Shown: positions 1 to 8,207 of the stretch, in pieces
Position numbering within the stretch: position 1 is the stretch's first letter
Layout of the letters: every line of letters starts with the position of its first letter
Assembly (NCBI GenBank): GCA_025839675.1
Contig: CP104013.1
Span: 4,529,675-4,553,674, forward strand
Reading direction: 5' to 3'
Origin: Candidatus Lokiarchaeum ossiferum
GTDB lineage: Archaea; Asgardarchaeota; Lokiarchaeia; Sigyniarchaeales; Promethearchaeaceae
DNA: 24,000 nt
Program-made: the position numbers and the translations under genes
Notes under the pieces: model-generated
Database searches by the model: none
What the model saw: the letters and a program-made list of their open reading frames with translations, nothing else
Told to the model about the DNA's origin: nothing

Positions 1-1751
1 TGTGCAAGATCAGAATTGTCTGAAAACTTCCAGGATCCTTGATCAATGGGTGAAATATGTTCTCCATTTACTTCGATTATGCTAGATATAATATCCAAAG
101 GAATGGATATAAATTGGTCATCATTCTTCACCACTAACACAGAAATTAAAGATTTAGAGAGGGGTATTTTAATAATAAATCGAGTTCCTTCATGCACTAC
201 TGTTTCAATTTGAATTTCTCCTCCCACTTTCTGAACTGATTCTCTAACAATATTCATTCCCATTCCTCGTCCTGAAATATTGGATATTTCTTTAGCTGTG
301 CTAAAGTTGGGTGCGAAAATCAAATCAATTATCTCCTCGTTTTTCATTTCATTGAGTTCTTGTTGAGTTTTAATTCCCATCTTAAGAGCTTTTTCGGCAA
401 TTTTGGTTGCATCTATGCCCTTTCCATCATCTTCAATAATCATTAGAAAATTTCCCCGAGAAATTTTTGTTGTAATGGAAATTTCTCCGGTTGAATTTTT
501 TCCTGCTGCTAATCGTTCTTCTTGTGATTCTATTCCATGATCCACAGAATTTCTGAGAAGGTGATTTATGACATTCCCTAATTCAGTTAAAATTTGCTGT
601 TCAATTTTAATATTATTGTGATTAATTATGAAATTTATTTCTTTTTGCTTTTGTTTTGCTATATTCCGGACCATACGTGGAAAAATACGCAAAATTTTTG
701 CAATCGGGAGAAGTTGAAGTTCCAGTACCGTTCCTTGTAAACTTTCCATAAAACTATGCATTTCAAAAAGCAATTCATGTACAGTTAAATCACCAAAGGT
801 CGATAATTCTGATTCTAATTTTCGCGATCTAATAAGTAATTCCATAAACTGTCCATATAATTTGTCCAAAGTGGAAAACTCGACCTCAATTCCTTGAATT
901 CTTTTTAAAGTGTCTTCAACTGCTTTACTAGAGACAATAGTCACATCAGTAACCGTTTTCTCTGGAAGTATCGCTTTTTTCACTTCGTCTGCTGAAAGAT
1001 CCAATACTTCAACTTTTACCACATCCATGACTTCAAAAATCATCTTTTGTATTAGATCTGAAGCACTTTCAGTCTGAAAAATGAGCTTAAATTCTGTTTT
1101 GAATTTTCCTTGAAAAATAACATCTGGAGTGGGATGTGAATATATGATTTTACCATACTTTTGAATCTTTTTTGTGATGATCATAACTCGGACTACTTTT
1201 GCCGGAGCTTTTTCATTCATAGTTATGGTAATTTGCTTGATCGGATTAGATCCGCACTTTTCAGGATTAAATTCTCCAAAATCCACCAGGCCATACTTAG
1301 CAAAAATATTTGCTATTTTAGTTTTCTCTTTCTCTATATCTTCTGCAGGAATCACGATTTTATTGATTTTATTCTCAATTATTTCTACCGAAATCTTTAA
1401 TTTCTCACTATAATCTGTTCGATTAGCAATAGCTGTTATACCTTGATCAATAACATCCAATTCATTATAAAAGAAATCTAAAATTTCTTGACTAAATGGA
1501 ACTTTTCCCTTCTGAATCATGGAGATCAGAGATTCCAATTTATGGAAGTATTCTTCAAAATCTTTTAACTCTGATGTTCCTGCCATTCCTTTAAAAGAAT
1601 GGGCTATGCGGTAAATTTCATTAATTGGCAAAGGATCTTCCAAATTTTTTTCCAGAATTTGTAATTGCTCTTCCAAAATATCAAAATATTTCTTCGCTTC
1701 ATGGAAGAACATTTGTAAAAGATCTGGGTCAATATCATTGTAATTTACCAT
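1..1751 (-). CDS. cheA: Chemotaxis histidine kinase CheA (C-terminus beyond left window edge)
   Basis: Read from the minus strand; not in the supplied ORF track because it has no stop in the window. Starts MVNYNDIDPDLLQMFFHEAKKYFDILEEQLQ. Has Hpt motif IYRIAHSFKGMAGTS, N-box VINHLLRNSVDHGIE, G1 IIEDDGKGID and G2 GRGMGMNIV. Start ATG at 1751, 15 nt after cheY stop. Confidence 0.93.
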   Translation of the reverse strand, partial: MVNYNDIDPDLLQMFFHEAKKYFDILEEQLQILEKNLEDPLPINEIYRIAHSFKGMAGTSELKDFEEYFHKLESLISMIQKGKVPFSQEILDFFYNELDVIDQGITAIANRTDYSEKLKISVEIIENKINKIVIPAEDIEKEKTKIANIFAKYGLVDFGEFNPEKCGSNPIKQITITMNEKAPAKVVRVMIITKKIQKYGKIIYSHPTPDVIFQGKFKTEFKLIFQTESASDLIQKMIFEVMDVVKVEVLDLSADEVKKAILPEKTVTDVTIVSSKAVEDTLKRIQGIEVEFSTLDKLYGQFMELLIRSRKLESELSTFGDLTVHELLFEMHSFMESLQGTVLELQLLPIAKILRIFPRMVRNIAKQKQKEINFIINHNNIKIEQQILTELGNVINHLLRNSVDHGIESQEERLAAGKNSTGEISITTKISRGNFLMIIEDDGKGIDATKIAEKALKMGIKTQQELNEMKNEEIIDLIFAPNFSTAKEISNISGRGMGMNIVRESVQKVGGEIQIETVVHEGTRFIIKIPLSKSLISVLVVKNDDQFISIPLDIISSIIEVNGEHISPIDQGSWKFSDNSDLA

Positions 1752-1766
1752 AAAATATTCCTCTTT

Positions 1767-2132
1767 TTAATTTAAATCAATAATATTTTGGACGGCTTTA
1801 CAAAGCTGTTCCTTTTTAAAAGGTTTTACGACAAAATCTTTCGCTCCCAAATCCATTGCTTGCATGATGATTAAATCTGAACCGATCGAACTTACGACGA
1901 GAATTTTTGCTTTCGGATCAAATTTCATAATCTCTTCAATGGCTTCCAATCCGCTTTTATTGGGCATAGTAAGATCCATTGTAATTAAATCTGGATGATG
2001 AGATTTATATAGGGCAATTCCCTCATCTCCTGTTTCTCCTTCTCCAACAATTTCCATTTGCAGTTCTTTTAGGATTTTTCCGACAACTTTACGCATAAAT
2101 TCAGCATCATCAACAATTACAACTGTTTTCAT
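1767..2132 (-). CDS. cheY: CheY-like response regulator
   Basis: Complete REC domain: VVIVDDAEFMRK, LITMDLTMPNKSG, ILVVSS, DFVVKPFKKEQL. Lies between cheW-like and cheA genes. Confidence 0.93.
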   Translation of the reverse strand: MKTVVIVDDAEFMRKVVGKILKELQMEIVGEGETGDEGIALYKSHHPDLITMDLTMPNKSGLEAIEEIMKFDPKAKILVVSSIGSDLIIMQAMDLGAKDFVVKPFKKEQLCKAVQNIIDLN

Positions 2133-2154
2133 CAGTACTCACTTTTATTTTTTT

Positions 2155-2628
2155 TTATGAAAAAAGGTGGTGGTTCATGTTCAATTCATAAAAAAGGGTG
2201 TGTTCATCCCATAAAACTTGCTGTATTAGCAAACTATTTGGCATATTTTTGAAGAGAATTGGAAGTGGGAATGTTTGAATTAATCCTCTTAAGATTCTTA
2301 CCTTTTTTCCAATTAAAATTCCTTTCAACAAATTCTCTTTCTTATAAATTATAATTTTTGTAAAAGAATTAACTGGTTCATCAAATCCAAGAAAAAGGGG
2401 AAAATCTAATAGTTCTACGATAATTCCGCGATAATTTATTATCCCCTTTACAAATTCGTTATGAGAGGGAATTTTTGTAATATATGGTGCTGGAATGACC
2501 TCATGGATATGCTCTAGAGGGATACAATACGGTTGGTTTTGAATATGGAAACTGAAATGTTCTATTTGTAAGATTTGGGACACGGTTTCATCCATCTTCA
2601 TTGCCTTATTATGATTCAGTTGTATCAA
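2155..2628 (-). CDS. cheW: CheW-like coupling protein
   Basis: FHIQNQPYCIPLEHIHEVIPAPYITKIPSHNEFVKGIINYRGIIVELLDFPLFLGF matches the CheW fold pattern (GxxNxRGxxxxxxDL). In chemotaxis operon. Confidence 0.85.
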   Translation of the reverse strand: MIQLNHNKAMKMDETVSQILQIEHFSFHIQNQPYCIPLEHIHEVIPAPYITKIPSHNEFVKGIINYRGIIVELLDFPLFLGFDEPVNSFTKIIIYKKENLLKGILIGKKVRILRGLIQTFPLPILFKNMPNSLLIQQVLWDEHTLFYELNMNHHLFS

Positions 2629-3541
2629 ATTTCAATGTCATTCCCGAATCATTTTCTAAAAATAATTGTTTTAAGTCATCATCAAAACCATCGTGTTCTA
2701 ATGATGAAGGGGTCATGATCTCCTCGTTAGGTGTGGATTCTTCCAAATTTAACGAAGTTAACAATGAATTGGTGGATTTTTTGATACTTGCAGTCAAATC
2801 CAAAATTTCTTGGGCTGCTTGATTTGTCTGTTGAGAAGTGCTAGAAAAAGTTGATGCAACGATAGTTAAATCCCTGATGGAATCGTCTATTTCCAATGTA
2901 TTTTTTTCTTGGAGTGATGTAATTTCAGTAATTTCTTTCAATTTACGTTCTGTTTCAGAAACTTGTTTTTGAGATTCATCTGCTAATTTTTGTACATATT
3001 CTGCAACAGATTTTAACCCGATTCCTGCTTCACCTGCTCTGGATGCTTCAATCGTCGCATTTATTGCCAAAATATTTGTTTTATCTGCAATTCGAGATAT
3101 GATGTCGGAGATCGAATCAATATTTTTAACTTCCTTACGAATATTTTGAATTCCTTGTGTTAACTCGTCGAAATTGGTTAAAATGTCATTCAATGCCTCA
3201 ACTTGTTGTGTGGAACCTTTCATAATTGCGATATGGGAACTCGCAAAATTTTCGCTTGATTGAGTGATCTTTTCGGTATTTCTTACAAGATGTTCCATAA
3301 GAGAGCTAATTAATATCCGATTCTTGCGATATTTTGTTAAAGCGATAATCGCAAACGCACTTGAAATGATTAAAATCACTAAAAGCAAAATCCAGATTTG
3401 AATATTGGAAATAATTGTGGAAAATGTTAGTTTTAGATAAATGAGTGGACCAATCGAACAAGTAAGAAAGAAGATCGAAAAATACCAGAACGATTGTGGT
3501 ATATCTTTATTTTCTAAAAGTTTTTTATAGGTTTTATTCAT
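2609..3541 (-). CDS. Methyl-accepting chemotaxis-type receptor with two N-terminal TM helices and no evident ectodomain
   Basis: Signalling hairpin tip ISDIISRIADKTNILAINATIEASRAGEAGIGLKSVAEYVQKLADES. Two hydrophobic segments (FWYFSIFFLTCSIGPLIYL and IWILLLVILIISSAFAIIAL) separated by only ~12 aa. Overlaps cheW start by 20 bp. Confidence 0.88.
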   Translation of the reverse strand: MNKTYKKLLENKDIPQSFWYFSIFFLTCSIGPLIYLKLTFSTIISNIQIWILLLVILIISSAFAIIALTKYRKNRILISSLMEHLVRNTEKITQSSENFASSHIAIMKGSTQQVEALNDILTNFDELTQGIQNIRKEVKNIDSISDIISRIADKTNILAINATIEASRAGEAGIGLKSVAEYVQKLADESQKQVSETERKLKEITEITSLQEKNTLEIDDSIRDLTIVASTFSSTSQQTNQAAQEILDLTASIKKSTNSLLTSLNLEESTPNEEIMTPSSLEHDGFDDDLKQLFLENDSGMTLKFDTTES

Positions 3542-3748
3542 AATGCCATCTCTTACAATATAATTGAAATTTACTTCTTACTGATTTATTCCTTGAGTTC
3601 AAAAATATTTTAAGAAATTTTTTGCTAATGTCATTTTAAAAATTTTTGCTCCAGTTTTCATACAAAGTCTTGCAAAATCGAAATTTCGTGTCTAAAATAA
3701 GCAAAAAAGTAAGCAAAATAATTGATGAGCTTTGTATTGTCGCTTGTA

Positions 3749-5002
3749 TTAGAATAAATTTTCATCTTTATCCCGTAATCGATCAAAAACGGGATTTCCG
3801 TTGATAAAAACTTTGCTTATTTTGGATCGCGTATCCAAAGGATGTCCTTCAAATAAAACAATATCGGCATCCTTTCCAACTTCGATAGAACCTACACGGT
3901 TTTCAATTCCTAATATTTTCGCACCATTTATTGTGAGTACTTCAAAAGCACCTTGTTCTGAAAGTCCCTCACGATGAGCTATCGCGGCGTAAACGGTTTG
4001 AAATTGGAGAGGGGAAACAGGATGATCTGAAGTTAATCCAACAAGCAAGCCCGCCTTATACAATTTTCCAAGGGTTGTCCAAGTTTTGAAACGTGTTTCA
4101 ATTTTTGATCGATGGCTGAATGTCGGGCCAATTAGCGCGGGTATTTGATTTTTTAACAAATAATCGATTATCTGATGTCCTTCTGAGCAATGTTCAATGA
4201 TGATATTCACATCGAATTCTTTCGCCAGCTCAACCGCGGTCACGATGTCATTTGCTTGATGAGCATGAGCTCTTAAGGGGATTTTTTTCTGAAATACATC
4301 AATCATTGCTTCATACTTCAGATTTCTTTCGGGAATGCTGGGTTCTGATAATTTTGATGATTTTTCTTTATCTCCATTGATTTCGTTTTCTTTTTGTTCT
4401 CTTAAATAGACTTTCATTTTTCGATTGTAAGCATCCCATTTAGCCATATAATTTTGAACATCCACCATAAACTGGCGAAAAACTGCAAGATTTCCCATTC
4501 GTGTATTGGGCATCTTTTTCTGTGCTCCATATACTCGTTTAGGATTTTCACCAAAAGCACATTTAATCCCGGCTTTTTGAGTGACTATCATTTTAGAAAG
4601 CAACGTTCCGTGGGTTTTAATGGTTGTCATATGTCCACCTACAACATTTGCACTTCCTGGAGCGACACAAATGCATGTCACTCCTCCTGAGACGGCTCTT
4701 CGCAACCCTCGATCTTTCGGGTTAATTGCATCAATAACCCTTACCTGGGGGGTGATTGGATCTGTAGATTCATTTCCGTCTTGGTGAAATCCAATTTCCT
4801 CTTCGAATACAGATGCGTGACTATGGGCATCAATAATACCGGGGAAAGCGATCATATCTTTCGCATCAATAATTTCTGCACCTTGGGGTACCTCATATCC
4901 TTCTCCCACTTTGGTAATCTTGCCATTTTCAATGAAAATATGCCCTTGATTTATTATTTTTCTGGTCACGGGAATAATTTTGTCACACAATAAAACTTTC
5001 AT
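3749..5002 (-). CDS. Amidohydrolase family protein (imidazolonepropionase-like)
   Basis: Metal-ligand motifs IDAHSHAS, RAHAHQAND, IIEHCSEG, LTSDHPV. N-terminal and C-terminal composite sheet sequences (VEVGKDADIVLFEGHPLD-like). Confidence 0.88.
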   Translation of the reverse strand: MKVLLCDKIIPVTRKIINQGHIFIENGKITKVGEGYEVPQGAEIIDAKDMIAFPGIIDAHSHASVFEEEIGFHQDGNESTDPITPQVRVIDAINPKDRGLRRAVSGGVTCICVAPGSANVVGGHMTTIKTHGTLLSKMIVTQKAGIKCAFGENPKRVYGAQKKMPNTRMGNLAVFRQFMVDVQNYMAKWDAYNRKMKVYLREQKENEINGDKEKSSKLSEPSIPERNLKYEAMIDVFQKKIPLRAHAHQANDIVTAVELAKEFDVNIIIEHCSEGHQIIDYLLKNQIPALIGPTFSHRSKIETRFKTWTTLGKLYKAGLLVGLTSDHPVSPLQFQTVYAAIAHREGLSEQGAFEVLTINGAKILGIENRVGSIEVGKDADIVLFEGHPLDTRSKISKVFINGNPVFDRLRDKDENLF

Positions 5003-5269
5003 ATTAAGTTTAAATAGGGGATAATTATTAAATTAGAAGAAAAAATCGATCTTATGGTTGCATTCAATTGATTGAGAGACGCATGAAATTAAAAAAGCAT
5101 GTAGCCTCTTTCCAAAATATATCTCGTACAATATAATTGAAATTTACTTACATTTATCCTATTTTTAACGAAATAATCACTTCAAGTAAAAATGATTGGG
5201 GGGATTTTTCGTACAACTACCAATTTTCTTAAATTATGATTTTAGCCATTAACAATTGAGAAAAAAGTA

Positions 5270-6613
5270 TTAGTTTTTTGTGATTTTACCACATTCCGGG
5301 CATTGAGCTAAATTAGGATTATAATCGATCCCACAGTATAAACAAACAATATTGGGTATAATCTCCACAATTGGGGTTGATTTTGTTGTTGGATCTTGTT
5401 CTCTTATTGGGATGGTTTCTACTGTTGGTTCTTGGTCAGTTATCGGGGTGGTTTCTACTGTTGGTTCTTGGTCAGTTATCGGGGTGGTTTCTACTGTTGG
5501 TTCTTGGTCTGTTATCGGGGTGGTTTCTACTGTTGGTTCTTGGCCTTTTATCGGGGTGGTTTCTACTGTTGGTTCTTGGTCTGTTATTGGGGTCGATTTG
5601 ACAATTGCTTTCTTATTTTCTTTCATTAATTCTGAGCTTTTATTTTCATAATTTCGATTAATTGCTGAATTGGGTTGAGTTTCGGTGGATTGTGTGAATT
5701 TTTGGTTATTTAATCGTATTTGGTGAATTGCATCATTAATTCTTGACATTTCTAACTGTGTATCTGCCATTTTATCTGATGCGTTGCTTTTCCTTGTATT
5801 TAAAGTTCTTTTTTCTTGTTCCGAAGAGAAAATTTGTTGTTCCTTAAATGATTTTGAAGGAAATACTTTGTTCGTAATTGTTGGGGTAAATTGTTCACCA
5901 TTTTTTGCATGGGTAAAACCAATATCTATTAAAAGGATGCCTAAAAATAGTCCAATTGCACAAAAAATATACAATGTTGGATTTCCTCCTATATATAAGC
6001 TCAAATATAAATTAAGGACTTGAAAATCTAACCGCTGACCATAAAATAGCAGGGGGATTCCTAATTTAAAATTCTTGTATTGATCTTGATAATTTTCCTT
6101 AATATTATATGGAAAATTCAACTTGGTTACCAGTTGAAATATAAGAATTCCCCCTAAAATATCATACCATAAGAATATGGCTCCAGAATACCAGTATACT
6201 ATCGAAATTATTCCAATTACTCCATAAATTATCAACACACTTTGTTTTAATTGCTTGTGTAGGGCAGGTGCATAGATTTCTTTAATAATATTAAAATAAA
6301 ATACAATATCTGGTATGAAGAATAGAGCATTGGCAAAAAACCATCCATTATTTTTGATCAAAAATCTTAGAAAATATGTTATGGTGATGTACACATAGTA
6401 TATTTGCAAAAATTTGGGTCTCTGGTTTTTATTATTATGTAAAAATTTAATATATCTTTCTATAATTTCAGGTGCTTTAATGTGTGCTAAATTCATTTTT
6501 TTGACACAAATCGGAAAAATAATCAAATTTAGAAGCCAAATTAGCAAGATTATTCCAACAATAACGTTATATATTGTAAAAGTTATAATTTCTGACCCAG
6601 AACCTCTATACAT
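5270..6613 (-). CDS. Multi-spanning membrane protein with 12-aa tandem repeat linker and C-terminal zinc ribbon
   Basis: Several hydrophobic segments in the N-terminal ~260 aa, then (TPITDQEPTVET)n, then CLYCGIDYNPNLAQCPECG (CxxC...CxxC). Confidence 0.75.
   Translation of the reverse strand: MYRGSGSEIITFTIYNVIVGIILLIWLLNLIIFPICVKKMNLAHIKAPEIIERYIKFLHNNKNQRPKFLQIYYVYITITYFLRFLIKNNGWFFANALFFIPDIVFYFNIIKEIYAPALHKQLKQSVLIIYGVIGIISIVYWYSGAIFLWYDILGGILIFQLVTKLNFPYNIKENYQDQYKNFKLGIPLLFYGQRLDFQVLNLYLSLYIGGNPTLYIFCAIGLFLGILLIDIGFTHAKNGEQFTPTITNKVFPSKSFKEQQIFSSEQEKRTLNTRKSNASDKMADTQLEMSRINDAIHQIRLNNQKFTQSTETQPNSAINRNYENKSSELMKENKKAIVKSTPITDQEPTVETTPIKGQEPTVETTPITDQEPTVETTPITDQEPTVETTPITDQEPTVETIPIREQDPTTKSTPIVEIIPNIVCLYCGIDYNPNLAQCPECGKITKN
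5373..5595. repeat. 36-bp tandem repeat array, about 6 units, in frame
   Basis: GGGGTGGTTTCTACTGTTGGTTCTTGGTCAGTTATC recurs with 36-bp spacing (unit starts at 5373, 5409, 5445, 5481, 5517, 5553 and a partial at 5589). Confidence 0.95.
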
Positions 6614-6781
6614 AGTTTCACTTCCCTATAATATTTTAGCTACAAATTTAAACTACTTTTGCTCTTTTTAAGAATTCCAACAAATTTATAAACATTATCT
6701 ATATATTATTGCTTATTTAAACCTTATAGAGAATCCATCCGCAAGAATTTTATAGAGAAAAAGAATATATTCCATCTCATT

Positions 6782-6934
6782 TCAAGAAGTAATTATTTTG
6801 CGAATTAAATTAATAACCGTATATTTTAAGGTGTACCAAACGATTATTCCCCCAAATAGGCCTATAAAAATGACAATGGCTCCATAGGTTCCAATTAATC
6901 CATAAATAAACTCAAACATTAATCCTAACTCCAT
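6782..6934 (-). CDS. Possible 50-aa small membrane protein
   Basis: Minus-strand translation MELGLMFEFIYGLIGTYGAIVIFIGLFGGIIVWYTLKYTVINLIRKIITS; one long hydrophobic segment and a basic tail. Below the length cutoff of the ORF track. Confidence 0.45.
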   Translation of the reverse strand: MELGLMFEFIYGLIGTYGAIVIFIGLFGGIIVWYTLKYTVINLIRKIITS

Positions 6935-7118
6935 TAATTAAATTTGAAATAATTTGTCTCATAATCCTTACCTTATAGGATTATTCAAGTTAATAAATGT
7001 TATAGAAAAAATCTCATCCATACTTTTTGATAGTAAAAATTATGTGATAATAACTTGTTTCATAACCCATATATTAAGGCTTTGTCATAATATATTTATA
7101 CCTACACAGTGATTTCCC

Positions 7119-8117
7119 ATGATTCATCAAATATATATATTAACATCTGATTCAGGTCTTCCTCTTGTCCAAGTTGATTTTAATGAAATCCCAAATGAAG
7201 AAGCATCGAAAGATACCATTTTGTTCAGTGGAGCGTTAACAAGTATTCGATTATTCTTAAAAGAGTGTAAGATTGGGGATTTATCCAATTTCACTACCAA
7301 TGATAAACAAATTGAGATGTGTTATTTAACTTACATTACTGTGGCTGTAGTTGCTGACCGTGAATCACCTTCAAAAAAAATTTTAGAAGATATTACCTCG
7401 GATATTGCAGCCATGTTTATCTCCATTTTCAAAAACACTTTAGAAAACTTCAATGGAAATCTTTCTCCCTTTCAAGAATTCAGTGCTGAACTAAAAGATT
7501 TTGTCAATCTTAAATTGGAACAAAGCAGAGAAAAAGAAACTAAATTTCAGCCTGTTCTAAATGCTCCTGGGCAAAACTCCCACAGTATTGAAGAATGGTT
7601 AAAAAACCAATTTTCAATGGATGCTCAAATAGATACTCAGAAAGAACTTCTAATTGATGGTAAAATTCTCAAAATGGATTATATTCTTAACTCTGGATCC
7701 CGAAAATTAAATCGAATTGATAAATTTCTCGCTAGACGATTATATAAACTCGATTTCCAAGATCAAATTCTCGTTAAAATCTTAGATGTTGTGCACGGGC
7801 CAGCTCAAATCAAAGAATTTTTAACACTGATATCTAAAATGGGGGATGTTGATGCCAATATTGATCCACCTTCTCATAATTGGTTACCTTCAAAAGTAAT
7901 ATTCCTCGGGCCCACTGTTCAGAAAGATCTATTCGAAAATTTGGGAAGAATCATAAAAAATTATAAAGGAATTGCTGTAATAACACCAGAATATGTTGAT
8001 CATATTCACAAAGATCATTCTCCGCATCATGCGTTTTTACGTTGCGAAATTTCTGCTTGGCAATGGGATTTGAATCAAATTACCTCGATAAATGTTCCCA
8101 AGAAAGTTTTTCCCTAA
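7119..8117 (+). CDS. Protein with longin-like N-terminal domain and uncharacterised C-terminal region
   Basis: N-terminus MIHQIYILTSDSGLPLVQVDF...ILFSGALTSIRLFLKECKIGDLSNFTTNDKQIEMCYLTYITVAVVADRES...I..ITSDIAAMFISIF fits the longin/roadblock-like beta-beta-alpha pattern seen in many Asgard proteins. ORF clearly coding; domain call is by pattern only. Confidence 0.7.
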   Translation: MIHQIYILTSDSGLPLVQVDFNEIPNEEASKDTILFSGALTSIRLFLKECKIGDLSNFTTNDKQIEMCYLTYITVAVVADRESPSKKILEDITSDIAAMFISIFKNTLENFNGNLSPFQEFSAELKDFVNLKLEQSREKETKFQPVLNAPGQNSHSIEEWLKNQFSMDAQIDTQKELLIDGKILKMDYILNSGSRKLNRIDKFLARRLYKLDFQDQILVKILDVVHGPAQIKEFLTLISKMGDVDANIDPPSHNWLPSKVIFLGPTVQKDLFENLGRIIKNYKGIAVITPEYVDHIHKDHSPHHAFLRCEISAWQWDLNQITSINVPKKVFP

Positions 8118-8207
8118 ATCTGGAGTATATTGGATTATGGAATGATTTCCAGCAAAACATAATAAATTAAAAATTTTTTTTTTAACACCACGATATATCT
8201 CATTTTA

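Noticed and set aside
1161-1413. Plus-strand ORFs 1161..1400 and 1174..1413
   Set aside because: Lie antisense inside cheA, which is supported by clear kinase motifs.
4454-4993. Antisense ORFs within the amidohydrolase gene (4454..4690, 4581..4787, 4781..4993)
   Set aside because: Entirely inside a strongly supported CDS on the other strand.
5352-5651. Plus-strand ORFs 5352..5651, 5371..5601 and 5396..5629 with Gly/Leu/Trp repeats
   Set aside because: They are shadows of the 36-bp repeat (multiple of 3, so all frames stay open) antisense to the real membrane-protein gene.
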